Part shown: piece by piece, positions 12,401 to 26,152 of the stretch | Layout of the letters: every line of letters begins with the position of its first letter | Position numbering within the stretch: position 1 is the first letter of the stretch | Assembly (NCBI RefSeq): GCF_006345805.1 | Contig: NC_043007.1 | Span: 19,716,001-19,780,000, forward strand | Origin: Octopus sinensis | Lineage: Eukaryota | Reading direction: 5' to 3' | DNA length: 64,000 nucleotides | Program-made: the position numbers and the translations under genes | Notes under the pieces: model-generated | Told to the model about the DNA's origin: nothing | The model's input: the letters and a program-made list of their open reading frames with translations, nothing else | Databases searched by the model: none

Positions 12401-12881
12401 TCTGAATGTCTGCCCTTTCTTAAAAACGCAACATCGTCCACCATAACTTTATTTGAGAAACAGATCTTTATTCTGTGTCCGGAGACCATTGTAGGATGAC
12501 TTCAATTCAAAGTATGAACCATAAAATACTGTATGTCAAGCTACAATTCTTGCTCTCAGTTTGTACCAAGCCGTTGTCTAATACGTTGTGGTAAAGCGCA
12601 TGTAGAACTTACAATAAATATTGCACCATAAATAGAGGGCGAGCTTGAAGAATCGTCAGCACGCCGGGCAAAGTGCTTTGCGGCATTTCCTCCATCTTTG
12701 ACGTCTGAGTTCAAATTCCGACGAGGTCAACTCTGCTTTTCACCCTTTCAGGGTCGATAAATGAATTACCAGTTGAGCAGAGAGGTTGACGTAATCATCA
12801 TACCTTCTCCTCCGAACATTCTGGCCAAGTACCAAAAACAGAAAGCGGAATCCAGAATAACTCCACAGCACCACACTCAAG

Positions 12882-13105
12882 TGGAGGCGCATGACTTAGT
12901 GGTTAGGGGTGTCGGACTCACGATCGTAAGATTGCGGTTTCGATTCCCGGACGAGGGTGATGAGTTGTGTTCTTGAGAAAAACACTTCATTTTACATTGC
13001 TCAGTCCACGCAGCCGGCAAAGATGAGTAACCCTGTGACGGATCGGCGTGCCGTCCAGATAGGGAATTCATACGCCATGGAAACTGGGAAACCGGCCCTT
13101 ATAAG
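12882..13105 (+). mobile_element. SINE family S4 (Meta/V-core-like)
   Basis: tRNA-like head, GTTCTTGAGAAAAACACTT core and CCTGTGACGGATCGGCGTGCCGTCCAG 3' region. Confidence 0.7.
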
Positions 13106-13937
13106 TATATATGACTCGGGAAGGAACTTTACTTTATTTTTTTTACTATACTCAAATCATTCGGGCAGAGATTATCCGAAAGCATTTACCAAGAAGGATT
13201 ATACAACTGCCAGTTTACTTTCCCCGCTATTTGCTGTCCGATTGGCATCCAATATCATAAAAGTATGTTCTATGCATCCTCATACACTTGAGCTCCAACT
13301 ATTGGCATCGCTTCATCGATATAACCGTTATCTGACAGAATTACCATTAAACATCTGGCCATAATGCCAAAGAATATTTCGCCTTTTCTATTCACGAAGA
13401 AAACTGGAGTGAATTGGTTAAGAAATGGTCGAATTCTTCTCTTTGGGACGTGGATACTGTCCACTCTCTTGCCCAGCAATTCATAATCATAATAAAATAA
13501 ACAAGTGAGAGATGCTTTGCTCTGTGCAGAAGATATTCAGAGTTAGCCTGTACAATTCACCTGAGAGGGGCAGCAAGGATTGAGCTAGTCTTCACTCGTG
13601 GAAGGGGTTCACTGATGGTCTCTTATCAACCATAGCCATCTTGAGCTAGTTTCAGCTGCCGTGTCTATCTCCTTTTAAAGAATCTTTTAAAGAAATTATG
13701 GAATTTTTTCATATATAGGTTTATGTTCCTATAGGATTGACTATTAATCAAAAATAGTGCATCATCTCTATAGAGTCCACCTTCAATGTCAGGAAATTCA
13801 TTGTGGAAATGATACAGTATGCATATAACTATTAAGTCTGTAACCTTTTATCATTATATTCATCGTATATTATAGTATAAATATATTATTGGATTGTCGA
13901 TTGTATCTCTCTATTTAATTTATGTATGTATGTATGC

Positions 13938-14244
13938 GTGGAGGCGCAATGGCCCAGTGGTTAGGGCAGCGGACTCGCGGTCGTAGGATCGCGGTTTCGA
14001 TTCCCAGACCGGGCGTTGTGAGTGTTTATTGAGCGAAAACACCTAAAAGCTCCACGAGTCTCCGACAGGGGGTGGTGATCCCTGCTGTACTCTTTCACGA
14101 CTCTTTCTCCCACTCTTTCTTCTGTTGGCCTGCTCGCTTAGCCAGCGGAGTGGCGTCATTCGAAGGCTAAAACAATGCGAACGCATTGTGACCAGCGATG
14201 TGTAACTACATCTGATGGACTGGTCGGTCACGTGATCACGTGAT
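13938..14244 (+). mobile_element. SINE family S3, full length
   Basis: Same head and tail as 7581-7880. Confidence 0.9.
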
Positions 14245-14465
14245 GTATGTATGTATGGTGGTCCGAAAGTAATGCAAAAATAAGAGTGCCTCCTTTCTCG
14301 AGTATGAGTCGTTCAAACGGTTCGGGGCGTAGCTCTTCGCCTCGTGACTGTTTTTCCTGTTCTCCTTCAGCGCAGGCAAACAACAGGGTCCAAGCATTAA
14401 CAACGCCAATGACGAAGACGGGTTGTTGACTGTCCAGCATCTACAGACGTCAACAGATGCAACAG

Positions 14466-14920
14466 ATGCATAGATGGATGAAGAAGCTTAAAGGAGTGAG
14501 AATACCATCGAAGACATGAAAACAACCATAACAATGTGCAACCACACACAAATTAGCAACAAATTGGGCTGACTAGTGGTCATTCATCCACCCACCGTAC
14601 AGTCAGAAACTGGGGTGGCCCCGACTACCACCAGTTTGATCCAACGAAGAACAGTCTACGTTGAGAACGATTTGATGTCACAGGAATACCAGATAAGCCA
14701 CCCATACCTGGATACAACTCACTCAACAAGAACTCACTACTTGAACGGACCATAATACCATACAACTTGACTTAAAAAGGATTTAGATTTCACTACCAGG
14801 TTGTGCTGGGAAGAAATGAACAGAACTGGACTCAACAGTGGCACAAATGCATGGCTCGTGTTGGAGACGATGTTGAATAATAGCTTTGCACTGGGGAAGA
14901 GATTACCCACATAGGCAATT
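14466..14920 (+). mobile_element. Internally deleted mariner remnant interrupted by a CR1 3' fragment
   Basis: Homologous to the reverse complement of ~12005-12205; C-terminus QQWHKCMARVGDDVE* (mariner RW.KCV...GDYVE) resumes after the insertion. Confidence 0.7.
14680..14807 (+). mobile_element. CR1-like LINE 3' terminal fragment
   Basis: GIPDKPPIPGYNSLNKNSLLERTIIPYNLT* plus a 3' UTR matching the reverse complement of 15483-15610. Confidence 0.8.
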
Positions 14921-15482
14921 AATAACAATGTCAATTAATAACAACACTATGGCCCTTTTGCGCTACTTTCGGTACGACTCTCGGGTGCGTATATGCATGT
15001 GTGTTCCTTATGAAAACAATATACAAACGTGGGAGAAATAACACATGACATTTCAGTACACTTCGTAACTGTTAAGAAGAGCTAATCTCTAACATTCGGC
15101 GATAAAAAAAAAAGACTAGGAAGCACTAAAGTACATGAATAAATAGATAAATAAATAGAGAAGAATCAGAATATCATCAAAACACTATTTCCCTTTATTT
15201 TTAGAAAATGTCATTGCTCAGTCCAAACGACTCAATGCCTCCCGCTGAAATTAGTGGCTCAATCCTCCAATCTCATATTTCGCCTGCATTGAGTTTTTAA
15301 AGCAGTTGGTCTGCTCAGTTTCGACCGTCAGGCCTCCTCTTTAGTCATTACTGACAGGCAAACGAAAAGTACCTGCTCCCTCTTGCCAGAAGAAGGCAGC
15401 AAGAATATTTTCACCATAAAACTTAAGATAAAACTTAGATATGTTTCGACCAAAGATTGGTTCAGGCCATATCTAACTTAAT

Positions 15483-17097
15483 AGCACAACCTGGTAGTGA
15501 AATCTAAATCCTTTTCAAGTCAAGTTTTGTGGTATCATGGTCCATTCGAGTGGTGAGTTCTTGTTGACTGAGCTGTCTCTAGGTATGGGTGGCTTATCTG
15601 GTATTCCTTGAAGAAATTTATCCAGACTCTGTTTAAAGGTGATGGGATACTTTTCCTCTTTGATCAGTTTTGGGATACTGTTAAATAGGGCAGGGTCTGT
15701 TGAGGAAAAGAAATTGTGTCGCAGTGTACCTATATGTTGTGATCCTGAATTTGGCAGAGGATGTATGGCCCGTGGTCCCAGTCTTGAATGAACCTTGAAA
15801 TTAATGTTAAGGTTGTTTGGGCAATGCTGGCGGTATATTCTCCACATCGTGCAAATGGTATACCGCTCGCGGTTCACCAATTGCTTTAAGGCGGTCCCAG
15901 TTATTGAGATCAGTTATGCCTTCAATTCGTTTAGTGAGTGCCTTCTGGGGTGATTCAATCTTCGAGATGTTTTTTTGTATGGGGAAACCACAAGGGGCAG
16001 CAGTATTCGAGGTGTGGCCGTACAAAGGAGGAGAAAAGTGGAATGATGACACCTTGTTCCTGGACCGGAAGGTTCTTAGATCCAGGAGCTCATCCTACGA
16101 GCTATATCGACCTTATTGTTGACGTGGGCACTCCAAGTGAGATTGTTATCAACAATTACTCTTAGGTCTCTGATATTGTTAGAGGCTGTGGCGGTTCCCC
16201 TGAAGGAAGAGAGTATGCCTTTTTAGTATAGTCTTTCTTCCAAAATGCTTCAGCTCAAATGTTCCTTCGTTTACTTGCATTTTGTTTTTATCTTCACATT
16301 GACTCACAGCATATAGAGATCAGATTTGAGTTGAGTTCGGTCTTCTTCTTCATTGATGATTTGCTGGAGCTTAGTGTCATCAGCAAATATTTTCACTTTG
16401 CAGTGATTTACGACGCTGGAAAGGTCGTTTATGTAGATTATTAAGAGGAGCAGGCCCAGGACGAGCCCACTGGTAACTTTTGCTGGGCTTGAGTGGATTC
16501 CATCGACCACAACATGTGTTCTATTCCCCAGGAAATACTTAATGCAGTTTAGAAGTTTTCCACGGATTCCAACATTTGCAACTTTGAGAGTAAGATATTA
16601 TGGTCAACCCTGTCGAACGCTTTACTGAAGTCAAGATATATGACATCAGAGTTCGAACCTGTTCCCAAGGCTTTAAGTATATCTTCAATGTGGTGTAAGA
16701 GCTGTGTTAGACAGTTCCTACCACAGCGAAAGACACGCTGATTTGCATTTGGGAGTTTGTGGGTCTCCAGGGAGCCAGCTACCCTCGATCTTACCGCTCT
16801 TTCAAACACTTTAATGATGTAGGAGGTGAGTGAGATTAGGCGATAGCTGACTGCGAGGGATCTGTTTCCCTGTTTGAAAACCGGGATGACAGACCGGGTT
16901 AGGAGCTGGTTCGGTATATAACCTGAGTCTAAAGAATTTCTCCAGGGGTTGGTCAGAGGGACTGCAAGTTGGTGTCTACATTCCTTCAGGGTACTAGCAG
17001 GGAATCTATCAGGGCCTACAGCAGAGTAGTATTTGACATCATTTATTGCTGCTATGATGTCTGAGGCAGTGGTGGTTATGTCCGAGATTTTATGTTG
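15483..17097 (-). mobile_element. CR1-group LINE, 5'-truncated, degraded RT to 3' end
   Basis: YRLISLTSYIIKVFER, VIYLDFSKAFDRVDHNILL and IFADDTKL motifs; C-terminus FKQSLDKFLQGIPDKP; several frameshifts. Confidence 0.92.
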
Positions 17098-17135
17098 GGA
17101 ATACACGCATATATGTATATATATATATGTATATA

Positions 17136-17171
<36 letters not shown>

Positions 17172-17464
17172 TGTATGTATGTATGTATGTATGTATGTAT
17201 GTATGTATGTATGTATGTATGTATCTGTATAAACACATGTAATTTGGTAAAATGATTCAATACATTTCTCAGCGTAGGTGCTGTCTTATAGGTACTTTTG
17301 TACACGCAGTTTGCTTTGGTACTCACTATCATCCATAGACTTTGACGTAGAGGCTACCTCTTTGGGTTACTTTTACTGATTGTTGTCGTAACAAACTATC
17401 TTAATTGCAAAGTAAGTTCATATCTTCTCTTGTCTCCACTTCACTCCTTTTGACAATTTTCTTT

Positions 17465-17785
17465 ACTCCGCCGGTTACGACGACGAGGGTCCCAGCTGAT
17501 ACGATCAACGGAACAGCTTGCTCGTGAAATTAACGTGCAAATGGCTGAGCATTCCACAGACACGTGTACCCTTAACGTAGTTCTCGGGGATAATCAGCGT
17601 GACACAGAGAGTGACAAGGCTGACACTTTGAAGTACAAGTACAACTCATTTTTGCCAGCTGAGTGGACTGGAGCAACGTGAAATAAAGTGTCTTGCTCAA
17701 GGACACAACGCGTCGCCGGGAATCGAACTCACAACCTTACGATCATGAGCCGAATGCCCTAACCACTAAGCCACGCGCCCTCACT
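17465..17785 (-). mobile_element. SINE family S4
   Basis: Minus-strand head GGGCGCGTGGCTTAGTGGTTAGGG..GAGTTCGATTCCCGG followed by GTGTCCTTGAGCAAGACACTT. Confidence 0.85.
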
Positions 17786-17884
17786 GACAATTAGATCAAC
17801 GCAAACGAAAACACGCAACCTAGAACTGTATGAACTGTTTCTCATCATTTGTCGTCTTCAAATTTTTGTTTTGTTTAATTTCAG

Positions 17885-18060
17885 ATGTCAACGTCAGCTC
17901 CCTAACTGACAAGATAAAAGGGATCATCATTGGGATCCCTATACCGTTTCCAACGTCACAACCGGATGCTTGCACAGGGAAAGGTTTAACCTGTCCCCTA
18001 CTGCAAGGACGAAACTACACTTACCGCAGTGTCATGTTTGTCCGCGACACATATCCAAGA
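17885..18060 (+). CDS. NPC2: NPC2/ML-domain lipid-binding protein, paralog A, internal exon (equivalent to NPC2 exon 3)
   Basis: TTTCAG acceptor and GTAAGT donor; 176 nt; phase 1/0. Encodes VNVSSLTDKIKGIIIGIPIPFPTSQPDACTGKGLTCPLLQGRNYTYRSVMFVRDTYPR, matching the NPC2 GI..G.P.PFP...PD.C..G..CP......Y.Y......YP pattern. Confidence 0.92.
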
Positions 18061-18192
18061 GTAAGTTATAAATTCGACATTTTTATATTTTCACATAATC
18101 ATACATACATAATACATACATACATACATACATACATACATACATACATACATACACACACATACATACATACATACATATATACATATATA

Positions 18193-18423
18193 TTTCTTTA
18201 CTACCCACAAGGGGCTAAACACAAAGGGGACAAACAAGGACAGCCAAACGGATTAAGTCGATTATATCGACTCCAGTGCGTAACTGGTGCTTAATTTATC
18301 GACCCCGAAAGGATGAAAGGCAAAGTCGACCTCGGCGAAATTTGAACTCAGAACGCAGCGGCGGACGAAATACCGCTCAGCATTTCGCTCGGCGCGCTAA
18401 CATTTCTGCCAGGTCGCCGCCTT
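18193..18423 (-). mobile_element. SINE family S1 in NPC2-A intron
   Basis: Full S1 in reverse complement. Confidence 0.9.
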
Positions 18424-18478
18424 TTACATATATACATATATGCATGCAAGCATACATACATACCTCCCCCTACATATA

Positions 18479-18776
18479 TCTTTATATATAAAGGTAAGGT
18501 TGTGTGTCTGTCTCTCCTACGATTTAGATTCCTAACTACTCCCACATTTTGCGGTGCAGTTTAACCAAAACCGAGGTTTCTTATAGTCGTGATTCATATC
18601 GAGCCCTTCTGGGTATTAGCGCGCGTCTACGATGAGTCTACGATTTTAAAAAAATTTACCATAATTTTTTTTCCATTTTTAATGCATTTTTTTGCTATTT
18701 TTTGGCTATAACTCTCTAAAAATGCTTATATAGTTATTTCCCTTACAAACCCGAGCAACGCCGGGCGATACTGCTA

Positions 18777-18777
<1 letters not shown>
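18479..18777 (+). mobile_element. Non-autonomous Helitron (299 bp)
   Basis: Starts TC, ends CTAG (18774-18777), subterminal hairpin CCCG..CGGG, inserted between A and T with no TSD. Confidence 0.85.
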
Positions 18778-18819
<42 letters not shown>

Positions 18820-18879
18820 ATAACTAGATAGATAGATAGTAGATAGATAGATAGATACATACATACATACATACATACA

Positions 18880-18913
<34 letters not shown>

Positions 18914-19790
18914 CATACATACATACATACATACATACATACATACATACACACACGTACATACACACACATACATACAGACACGAGCGGAAAGCTCAAA
19001 AAATTAAAGTAGTGAGACGATTTCATCGTTTCTATGAAAAACTTTTCTTGTCTTTCCTGTGAGTTTTTCCGGTATCTACTTTGCTGTGACTGTTTGTCTG
19101 TGATTTAGTTTCCTTATGAATTTTTGTCTGTTACATTTTCTGTGACGTTTCCCTCTTAATTTTTTTCCTGTCACTATTCTGTGACATTTTCCGTGTAACA
19201 CATTTTTGTGATTATTTCTCGTGATTCTTGCTCTTATAACTTTTTCCTCATACTTATTTCTGCGAGTTTTTCCTGTAAGTTAATTTCATAACATTTCCCC
19301 TGTCACTTTCTCCTGTAACTTAAGACTTCTCATTCCCCTTTTACTCTCTGATGTTCTCTTCTGTCTTATGATACTCCTGGGACTTTTTCCAGTTACTCCC
19401 ACTCGAGCATAGAGCCTCAGTTTGTTTAGCCACTCCTAGCAGCTCATCTGTTGCACCGAGGCAATTTTCCCTTGTGTAGTGGCGTCGAATTCCCTCGAGT
19501 TTGGATTCCAGAGGCGACAATAATTGGGACCACTGATCATCCACACGACTGACCACAGTGTTTTCCAGAGGGGTTGCATGCTTTCTTCTTTCCGTGTTCT
19601 GAATGATGTGAAGGTCCAACCAATCAGTCGTCTGCTCACATACACACATACATACATACATACATACATACGCATGTATACATATATTCATATGGCCACA
19701 GATCGTGAGCTGAAACTAGATGAAATAATATATAGCTATGTATTGTAATGTATATAAGCATGTATATATATACATACACATATGTTCCTA

Positions 19791-21243
19791 CTGAACATCA
19801 GAGGACTGCTAACACTCAGTAACAGGACAAAAATCCCGTTCTTGAGAGACTTTGTTGCATGCAATCAAGCCTTATGCATAGCACCTGAAACCGGACATAG
19901 CAGATGCGGAATTACACATACCACAGTATGTTGTACTACGAACCGACAGAAAAGATAAGAGTCATGGAGGAGTTGCTATGTACATCCGTGAGGACCTCAC
20001 ACCCCAGGTCCTTTTGTCATACTCAAACTCGGTGTGTGACACACTAATTGTACATATAAGGCAACTTGGTGTAGTTGTGTGTGCTATATATCGCCCTCCA
20101 GATGCCCCAAACCATGTAGGCAAGTTTGAAGACTGCCTTATAAAAATAGAAGAAGTTCTAGTCACATTAGAACAACACATAAGTGTACTTCTTATGGGAG
20201 ACTTCAATCTACCCAATGTCAGATGGCCCGAGGGCCTTTCTCTCCCAGGAATGACACGATGTGAACGAGGACAGGCGAGGTCCCTCCTGAACCTCATCAA
20301 CACCTTGTACATGGAACAAGTAATACTCCAACCAACCAGGGCAGGTAACACACTGGATCTCTGCTTCACAAATAATATGGATCTCATCCATAATGTGAAA
20401 GTGATACCGACACTACTCTCGGATCACAACATGGTAGAGCTGACCATGTACGGAAGACGATGTAATAAAGGCTATAGATGAAATGAAAACAAACTCAGCT
20501 ACTGGCCCCGATGGATTCCCGGCAATCCTCCTAAAAGTATATAAGAGAGTCCTAGCAAGACCACTGCAGTTCCTCTTTCAGAGCTTCCAAGAAAACTGAA
20601 GGAAGGTAAAATATGCCCTATTCATAAAGGAGGTAGCAGAGCGGAGGCCAAGAACTACAGACCTATCTCTCTGACCTCACACATCAGCAAGGTCATGGAA
20701 CGAATAGTCAGAAGGAAACTGATCACCTTCCTTGAAGAAAATGACTTGCTGCCTGACACCCAACATGGTTTCCGACCAGGAAGAAGCTGCTTAACTCAGC
20801 TCCTACAACAGTATGACTGAGTGCTGAAACGACTGCTCAACCACTCAAATGTGGAAGTGATATATCTCGACTTTGCAAAGGCCTTTGATAAAGTCGATCA
20901 TGGAATGATATGTCACAAACTGCGTGATCTTAGCATAGTTGGAAAACTGGGAGAACGGCTTCATGACTTTCTGAAGGATAGAAGTCAGGTGGTAGTAGCC
21001 AATGGGGCCACTTCCATTAACACGCAAATAGTGAGCGGTGTTCCGCAGGGCACTGTTTTGGGACCACTACTGTTCATAATGGCTCTCCCAGACATGCCCT
21101 CAGCCACGCAGAGAACCACGATCACAAGTTATGCAGATGATACAAAAGTTTCACAGGCAATACAGAACCCTGAAGACACTAAACGCCTGCAATGTGAGCT
21201 GGACAAAATATACAAGTGGGCTGAAAAGAATAGCATGCAGTGA
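19791..21243 (+). mobile_element. CR1-group LINE ORF2 remnant (APE endonuclease plus RT, internal deletion)
   Basis: LNIRGL, GGVAMYIRE, AIYRPP, MGDFNLP, TLDLCFTN, SDHNMV (APE); NYRPISLTS, QHGFRPGRSCLTQLL, YLDFAKAFDKVDH, GVPQGTVLGPLLF, YADDTK (RT). Confidence 0.95.
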
Positions 21244-21533
21244 CAATAGAGGTGCAGGTGTCAATCCATACGGCCATTTCTAATTAATGAAAACATTACA
21301 TCATTGTAAAGAAGCCGTTTTCGTCAGACGAATTCATGAACTTCAAAATAAAGGACATTCAAAATGTTTTAACGCCTAAATATAGACGCAGGCATGGCTG
21401 TGTGGTAAGAAGTTTGCTTCCCAACCACATGGTTCCGGGTTCAGTCCCACTGCATGGCATTTTGACTATACTTTCGGGCTGACCAAAGCCGTGTGACTGG
21501 GTTTGGTAGATGGAAAATGAACGAAGTTCGTCG

Positions 21534-21575
<42 letters not shown>

Positions 21576-22704
21576 ATATATGTATATAAATTAAATTAGA
21601 GATAAAACCACAATTAGGCAAATCAAACAATGAAAAACATAAAAATAAACATAATTAATATAATATACAAAATATATAAAATATAAAATTGAAAATTGGA
21701 ATTATTTAAATTTAAAATTTTTAATTTATATTTATAAATTTTTATATTTTTTAAATATTTTTAAAATTTTGAATTAATAAATTTTTAAATTTTTAAATAT
21801 ATATATATATATAAAATAATTATTTCAAAGTTTTGGCACAAGGGGAGCTTGGGGGAAGTGGGGCTGAATCGATTACATCGACCCCAGTACGCAACTAGTA
21901 CTTATTTTATCGACCCCGAAATTTTGAAAAGCAAAGTCGACCTCGGCGGAATTTGAACTCAGAACGTAGCAACGGGCGAAATACCCCTAAGTATTTCGTC
22001 CAACGTGCTAACGATTCTGCCAACTCGCTGAAGTTGCAACGTATATAATAACAAATTCTTGACATTTACATACAAATGCTTGAACAATCGAGACACAACG
22101 GCTTTCTTCTGAGTAGGTCTTTACGTAAGAAGAATAGAAACCTGAAACCTGGGCGAAAACAATCTCACTCAAATGTTATGGTCCTAAGATGGAAACGGAT
22201 CTCGGCGTTTCAGACGTAAAGACCAATGTGTAACAATGATATCTAAAACACAAGAACAGGATGTAACGCGTTGGAATTTTATCGTTTGCAACTGAGAGGA
22301 AGTAGTCGAGAAGTAGTTCCGTGTAAGGAGCAAAGAGAACGGCACCCCAAGCACGATCAAGGAGTCATTGACCGATGCAACACTGGCGTTTGAGACAATC
22401 TGCAAGGCTGAAGAACCTGTATGCTGATATCTTACATCCGCTTTGTGGCAATGACGAATGCCTGGCTACCGGAGTAAGGATGTTTGTTTGAAGTGTCGAG
22501 TATGTATGTTGTGGGGTTTGAAAACAAAGCGCTCTGAAACCCGCTAAACCACCTTCCTGCCATCTAGAAACTTCGGAATGCGAAGGTGAAACTAAGCGGT
22601 CAACGATGTTGCAGATTTGATAACTTCCGTGCATCAAGAGTCAAGATTTTTTTTATCTGTGGCTTGGCGGGACAAGGAAGGTGGAACGTTGCCGCCAGTA
22701 GATA

Positions 22705-22722
22705 CACATATATGCACACACA

Positions 22723-22789
<67 letters not shown>

Positions 22790-23114
22790 ACGCACACGCA
22801 CACACACACACACACACACAGACACACACACAAACACACACACACATACACACGCACACATACACATTACTGCTATACATACAAACACTCACATACACAC
22901 ACACAGAGACACACATACACACACAGAGACACACGCATACACACACACACATAGACACACACACACACATAGACACACACACACATAGACACACACACAC
23001 GTACCACACACACACACACATAGACACACACACACACACACAACTGCTATACATACAAACGCTCACATACACACACACTACTATTATACGTACATACACA
23101 GATGTATATACATA

Positions 23115-23191
<77 letters not shown>

Positions 23192-23210
23192 TTGTATATA
23201 CATATGCGTA
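22705..23210. repeat. Compound (CA)n / (TA)n microsatellite block
   Basis: Direct reading. Confidence 0.95.
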
Positions 23211-23615
23211 TATCTATCTGTATGTCTGTTTGTTTTGTTCTGTGGTCCTCAACCACACTTTGCCTACGGACCCCTTTCACTACGATTTTATTCTGGTGGA
23301 GCCCCACCCCTAACCATTAGATGTTTAAAAACTAGTTTGCTTTCCACACATGAACTTGTTTAGGTTGAACCGTGTCAAATGTTAAAGAAACGAACCCAGC
23401 TGATTCTTGATGTATGGACACTTAAAGCTGAGCTCAAATTCCGCTAAGGTCGACTTTGTCTTGCATCCTTTCGGGGCCGATAAATTAAGTACCAGTTGTG
23501 TACCGGGGTCGATCTAGTCGACTGGTCCCCTCCCACCCCAAAAAAAATTATATATACATTTATATATATATATATATACATATATGCATATATACATATA
23601 TGCATATATACATAT

Positions 23616-23921
23616 CATGTGATCACGTGACCGACCAGACCATCAGATGTTGTTACATATCGCTGGTCACAATGCGTTCGCATTGTTTTAGCCTTCGGAT
23701 GACGCCACTCCGCTGGCTAAGCGAGCAGGCCAACAGAAGAAAGAGTGGGAGAAAGAGTGGTGAAAGAGTACAGCAGGGATCACTACCCCCTGCCGTAGCC
23801 TAGTGGAGCTTTTTAGGTGTTTTCGCTCAATAAACACACACAACGCCCGGTCTGGGAATCGAAACCGCGATCCTGCGACCGCGAGTCCTCTGCCCTAACC
23901 ACTAGGCCATTGCGCCTCCAC
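23616..23921 (-). mobile_element. SINE family S3
   Basis: Reverse complement of the 13938-14244 type. Confidence 0.9.
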
Positions 23922-24915
23922 ATATATACATATATATAGGGAGAATTCACGAAAATAAAACAAAAGATGAAGACAGGTGGTTTAGAAAACAAACAGATGT
24001 ATTAGTATAACACTCGGGAATTGAAAAACACACGCACACATATATACATATATGTATATATGTATACACAAACATATTGATACATACATGTACATTTATA
24101 TATATACATACATACACACACCCATACATATATACATATATGTATATATGTATCTAAATATATATATAAACACACACACACACACATATATCTTTTCACT
24201 TTTTAGAGTAGTAGTGGAATATCTTTCAGAGATGTATTGATGTTTACGATGAGTACATATGTATAAATTATCCACCTGGGTACCGTACGAGCACCCCGAT
24301 ATAGTCCAGGTGTAGACTGAATGCATCGAATAGTTAGAAGTCCCTGGGATTACTTAGGGTCGGCATTTCCATTAGAATTCAACCGATGGGTAAATCCTGA
24401 TATTTAAATACGTGATCAATGTCATTCTCGTTACTGTGGAAGCATTTCATTTATCAAATCTAGACTAAACAAATTTATTTTTTAACTGGGAATTACGTTT
24501 ATTTGTACAGCTTTTAGAGACGGGTTTTCGAGACGGGTTTTTCTATTTTCTCTTCGATCCAACGTCACAGTCACAAAACTCACTGATTGTTAATTCCTAA
24601 TTATGACAATAAGGTGGAGGCATCATAACCTTCATTGCTGACAGGCCCTAAAACCATGACAGCTGTAGGAAATTTTGTATGCATAACAGTTAGAGCTTCA
24701 GAACTGTTTACACATAACCAGCTGTCAAATTCTACTTTTAACCCTTTGACCTTGGTCGAAGATTTTCTCGTTTGGGAAAAACCAAATCAAATCTACTGCT
24801 TGATTTTTTTTCAGTTTGATTAAGAACCTTTTAGATCTGATGAAGTGATTTTCTTTCGCTTTTTCGGACAAATTGACCTTTCAGCAAGAACAGCAACAAC
24901 GTCAATTATATAAAA

Positions 24916-25311
24916 CTAGCAGTATCGCCCGGCGTTGCTCGGCTTTGTAAGGGAAATAACTATATAAGCATTTTTAGAGAGTTATAGCCAAAAAATAGCA
25001 AAAAAATGCATTAAAAATGGAAAAAAAATGATGGTAAATTTTTTTTTAAATCGTTGACTCATCGTAGACATTTTTAGAGAGTTACTTCCCTTATATAATA
25101 GCGAAAAAATGCATTAAAATGGAAAAAATTATGGTAATTTTTTTTTAAATCGTAGACTCATCGTAGACGCGCGCTAATACCCAGAAGGGCTCGATATGAA
25201 TCACGACTATAAGATACCCGGTTTTGGTTAAACTGCACCGCAAAATGTGGGAGTAGTTAGGAATCTAAATCGTAGGAGACAGACACGCAACTTCACTTTT
25301 ATATATAAAGA
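24916..25311 (-). mobile_element. Non-autonomous Helitron, same family as 18479-18777, with an internal ~95-bp duplication
   Basis: Minus strand A|TC...hairpin...CTAG|T termini; internal segment repeated at ~24970-25070 and ~25070-25165. Confidence 0.85.
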
Positions 25312-25445
25312 TAAAGCATTTAAAACCTGTTTGAAACTGCAGAGTAAAAATGACTGATGGTATTTCGCATAACGCATCCATTGTATTCGTGTGTCTTTGC
25401 AGCTGATCATATGTATGTACGGCGCATGCGTAGCGGAGTGGCAAG

Positions 25446-25865
25446 AAGGCGGCGAGCTGGCAGAAACGTTAGCACTCCGGGCGAAATGCTTAGCGGAATT
25501 TCGTCCGCCGTTACGTCCTGAGTTCAAATTCCGCCGAGGTCGACTTTGCCTCTCATCCTTTCGAGGTCGATAAATTAAGTACCAGTCACACCCTGGGATC
25601 GATATAATCGACTTAATCCGTTTGTCTGTCCTTGTTTGTCCCCTCTGTGTTTAGCCCCTTGTGGGTAGTAAAGAAATAGGTATTTCGTCTGCCGCTACGT
25701 CCTGAGTTCAAATTCCACTGAGGTCGACTTTGCCTTTCATCCTTTCGGGGTCGATTAAATAAGTACCAGATACGCACTGGGGTCGATATAATTGACTTAA
25801 TCCCTTTGTCTGTTTTTCTTTGTCCTCTTTATGTTTAGCCCCTTGTGGGGCAATAAAGAAATAAG
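25446..25865 (+). mobile_element. Tandem S1 SINEs (full copy plus 5'-truncated copy)
   Basis: Tail AAAGAAATAG runs directly into GTATTTCGTCTGCCGCTACG of the second unit. Confidence 0.9.
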
Positions 25866-25998
25866 TTTGTTTCGTATGCCTAAGGTTTTAGATTCAATCC
25901 CACTGCGTAGCACCTTGGGCAAGTGTGTTTTCCTATAACCTCTAGCCGACCAAAGTCTTGTGCGTGGATCTGGTAAACTGAAAATGAAAGAAGCTCGT

Positions 25999-26040
<42 letters not shown>

Positions 26041-26103
26041 CATATATATATACACATACATATATATATTATATATATATATTATATATATATATATATA
26101 TAT

Positions 26104-26152
<49 letters not shown>

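Noticed and set aside
13506-13597. CTIHLRGAARIELVFT as a candidate NPC2-A exon 2
   Set aside because: C-to-FT spacing fits, but Cys spacing is wrong (C-x7-C), the acceptor phase does not match and the donor (GTGGAA) is weak
17291-17411. AG...GTAAGT-bounded segment as a candidate NPC2-A exon 2
   Set aside because: In-frame stops in the required phase and no ML-domain similarity
24838-24860. CTGATGA motifs here and at ~43885 and ~45517
   Set aside because: No downstream stem II plus GAAA and no stem I pairing
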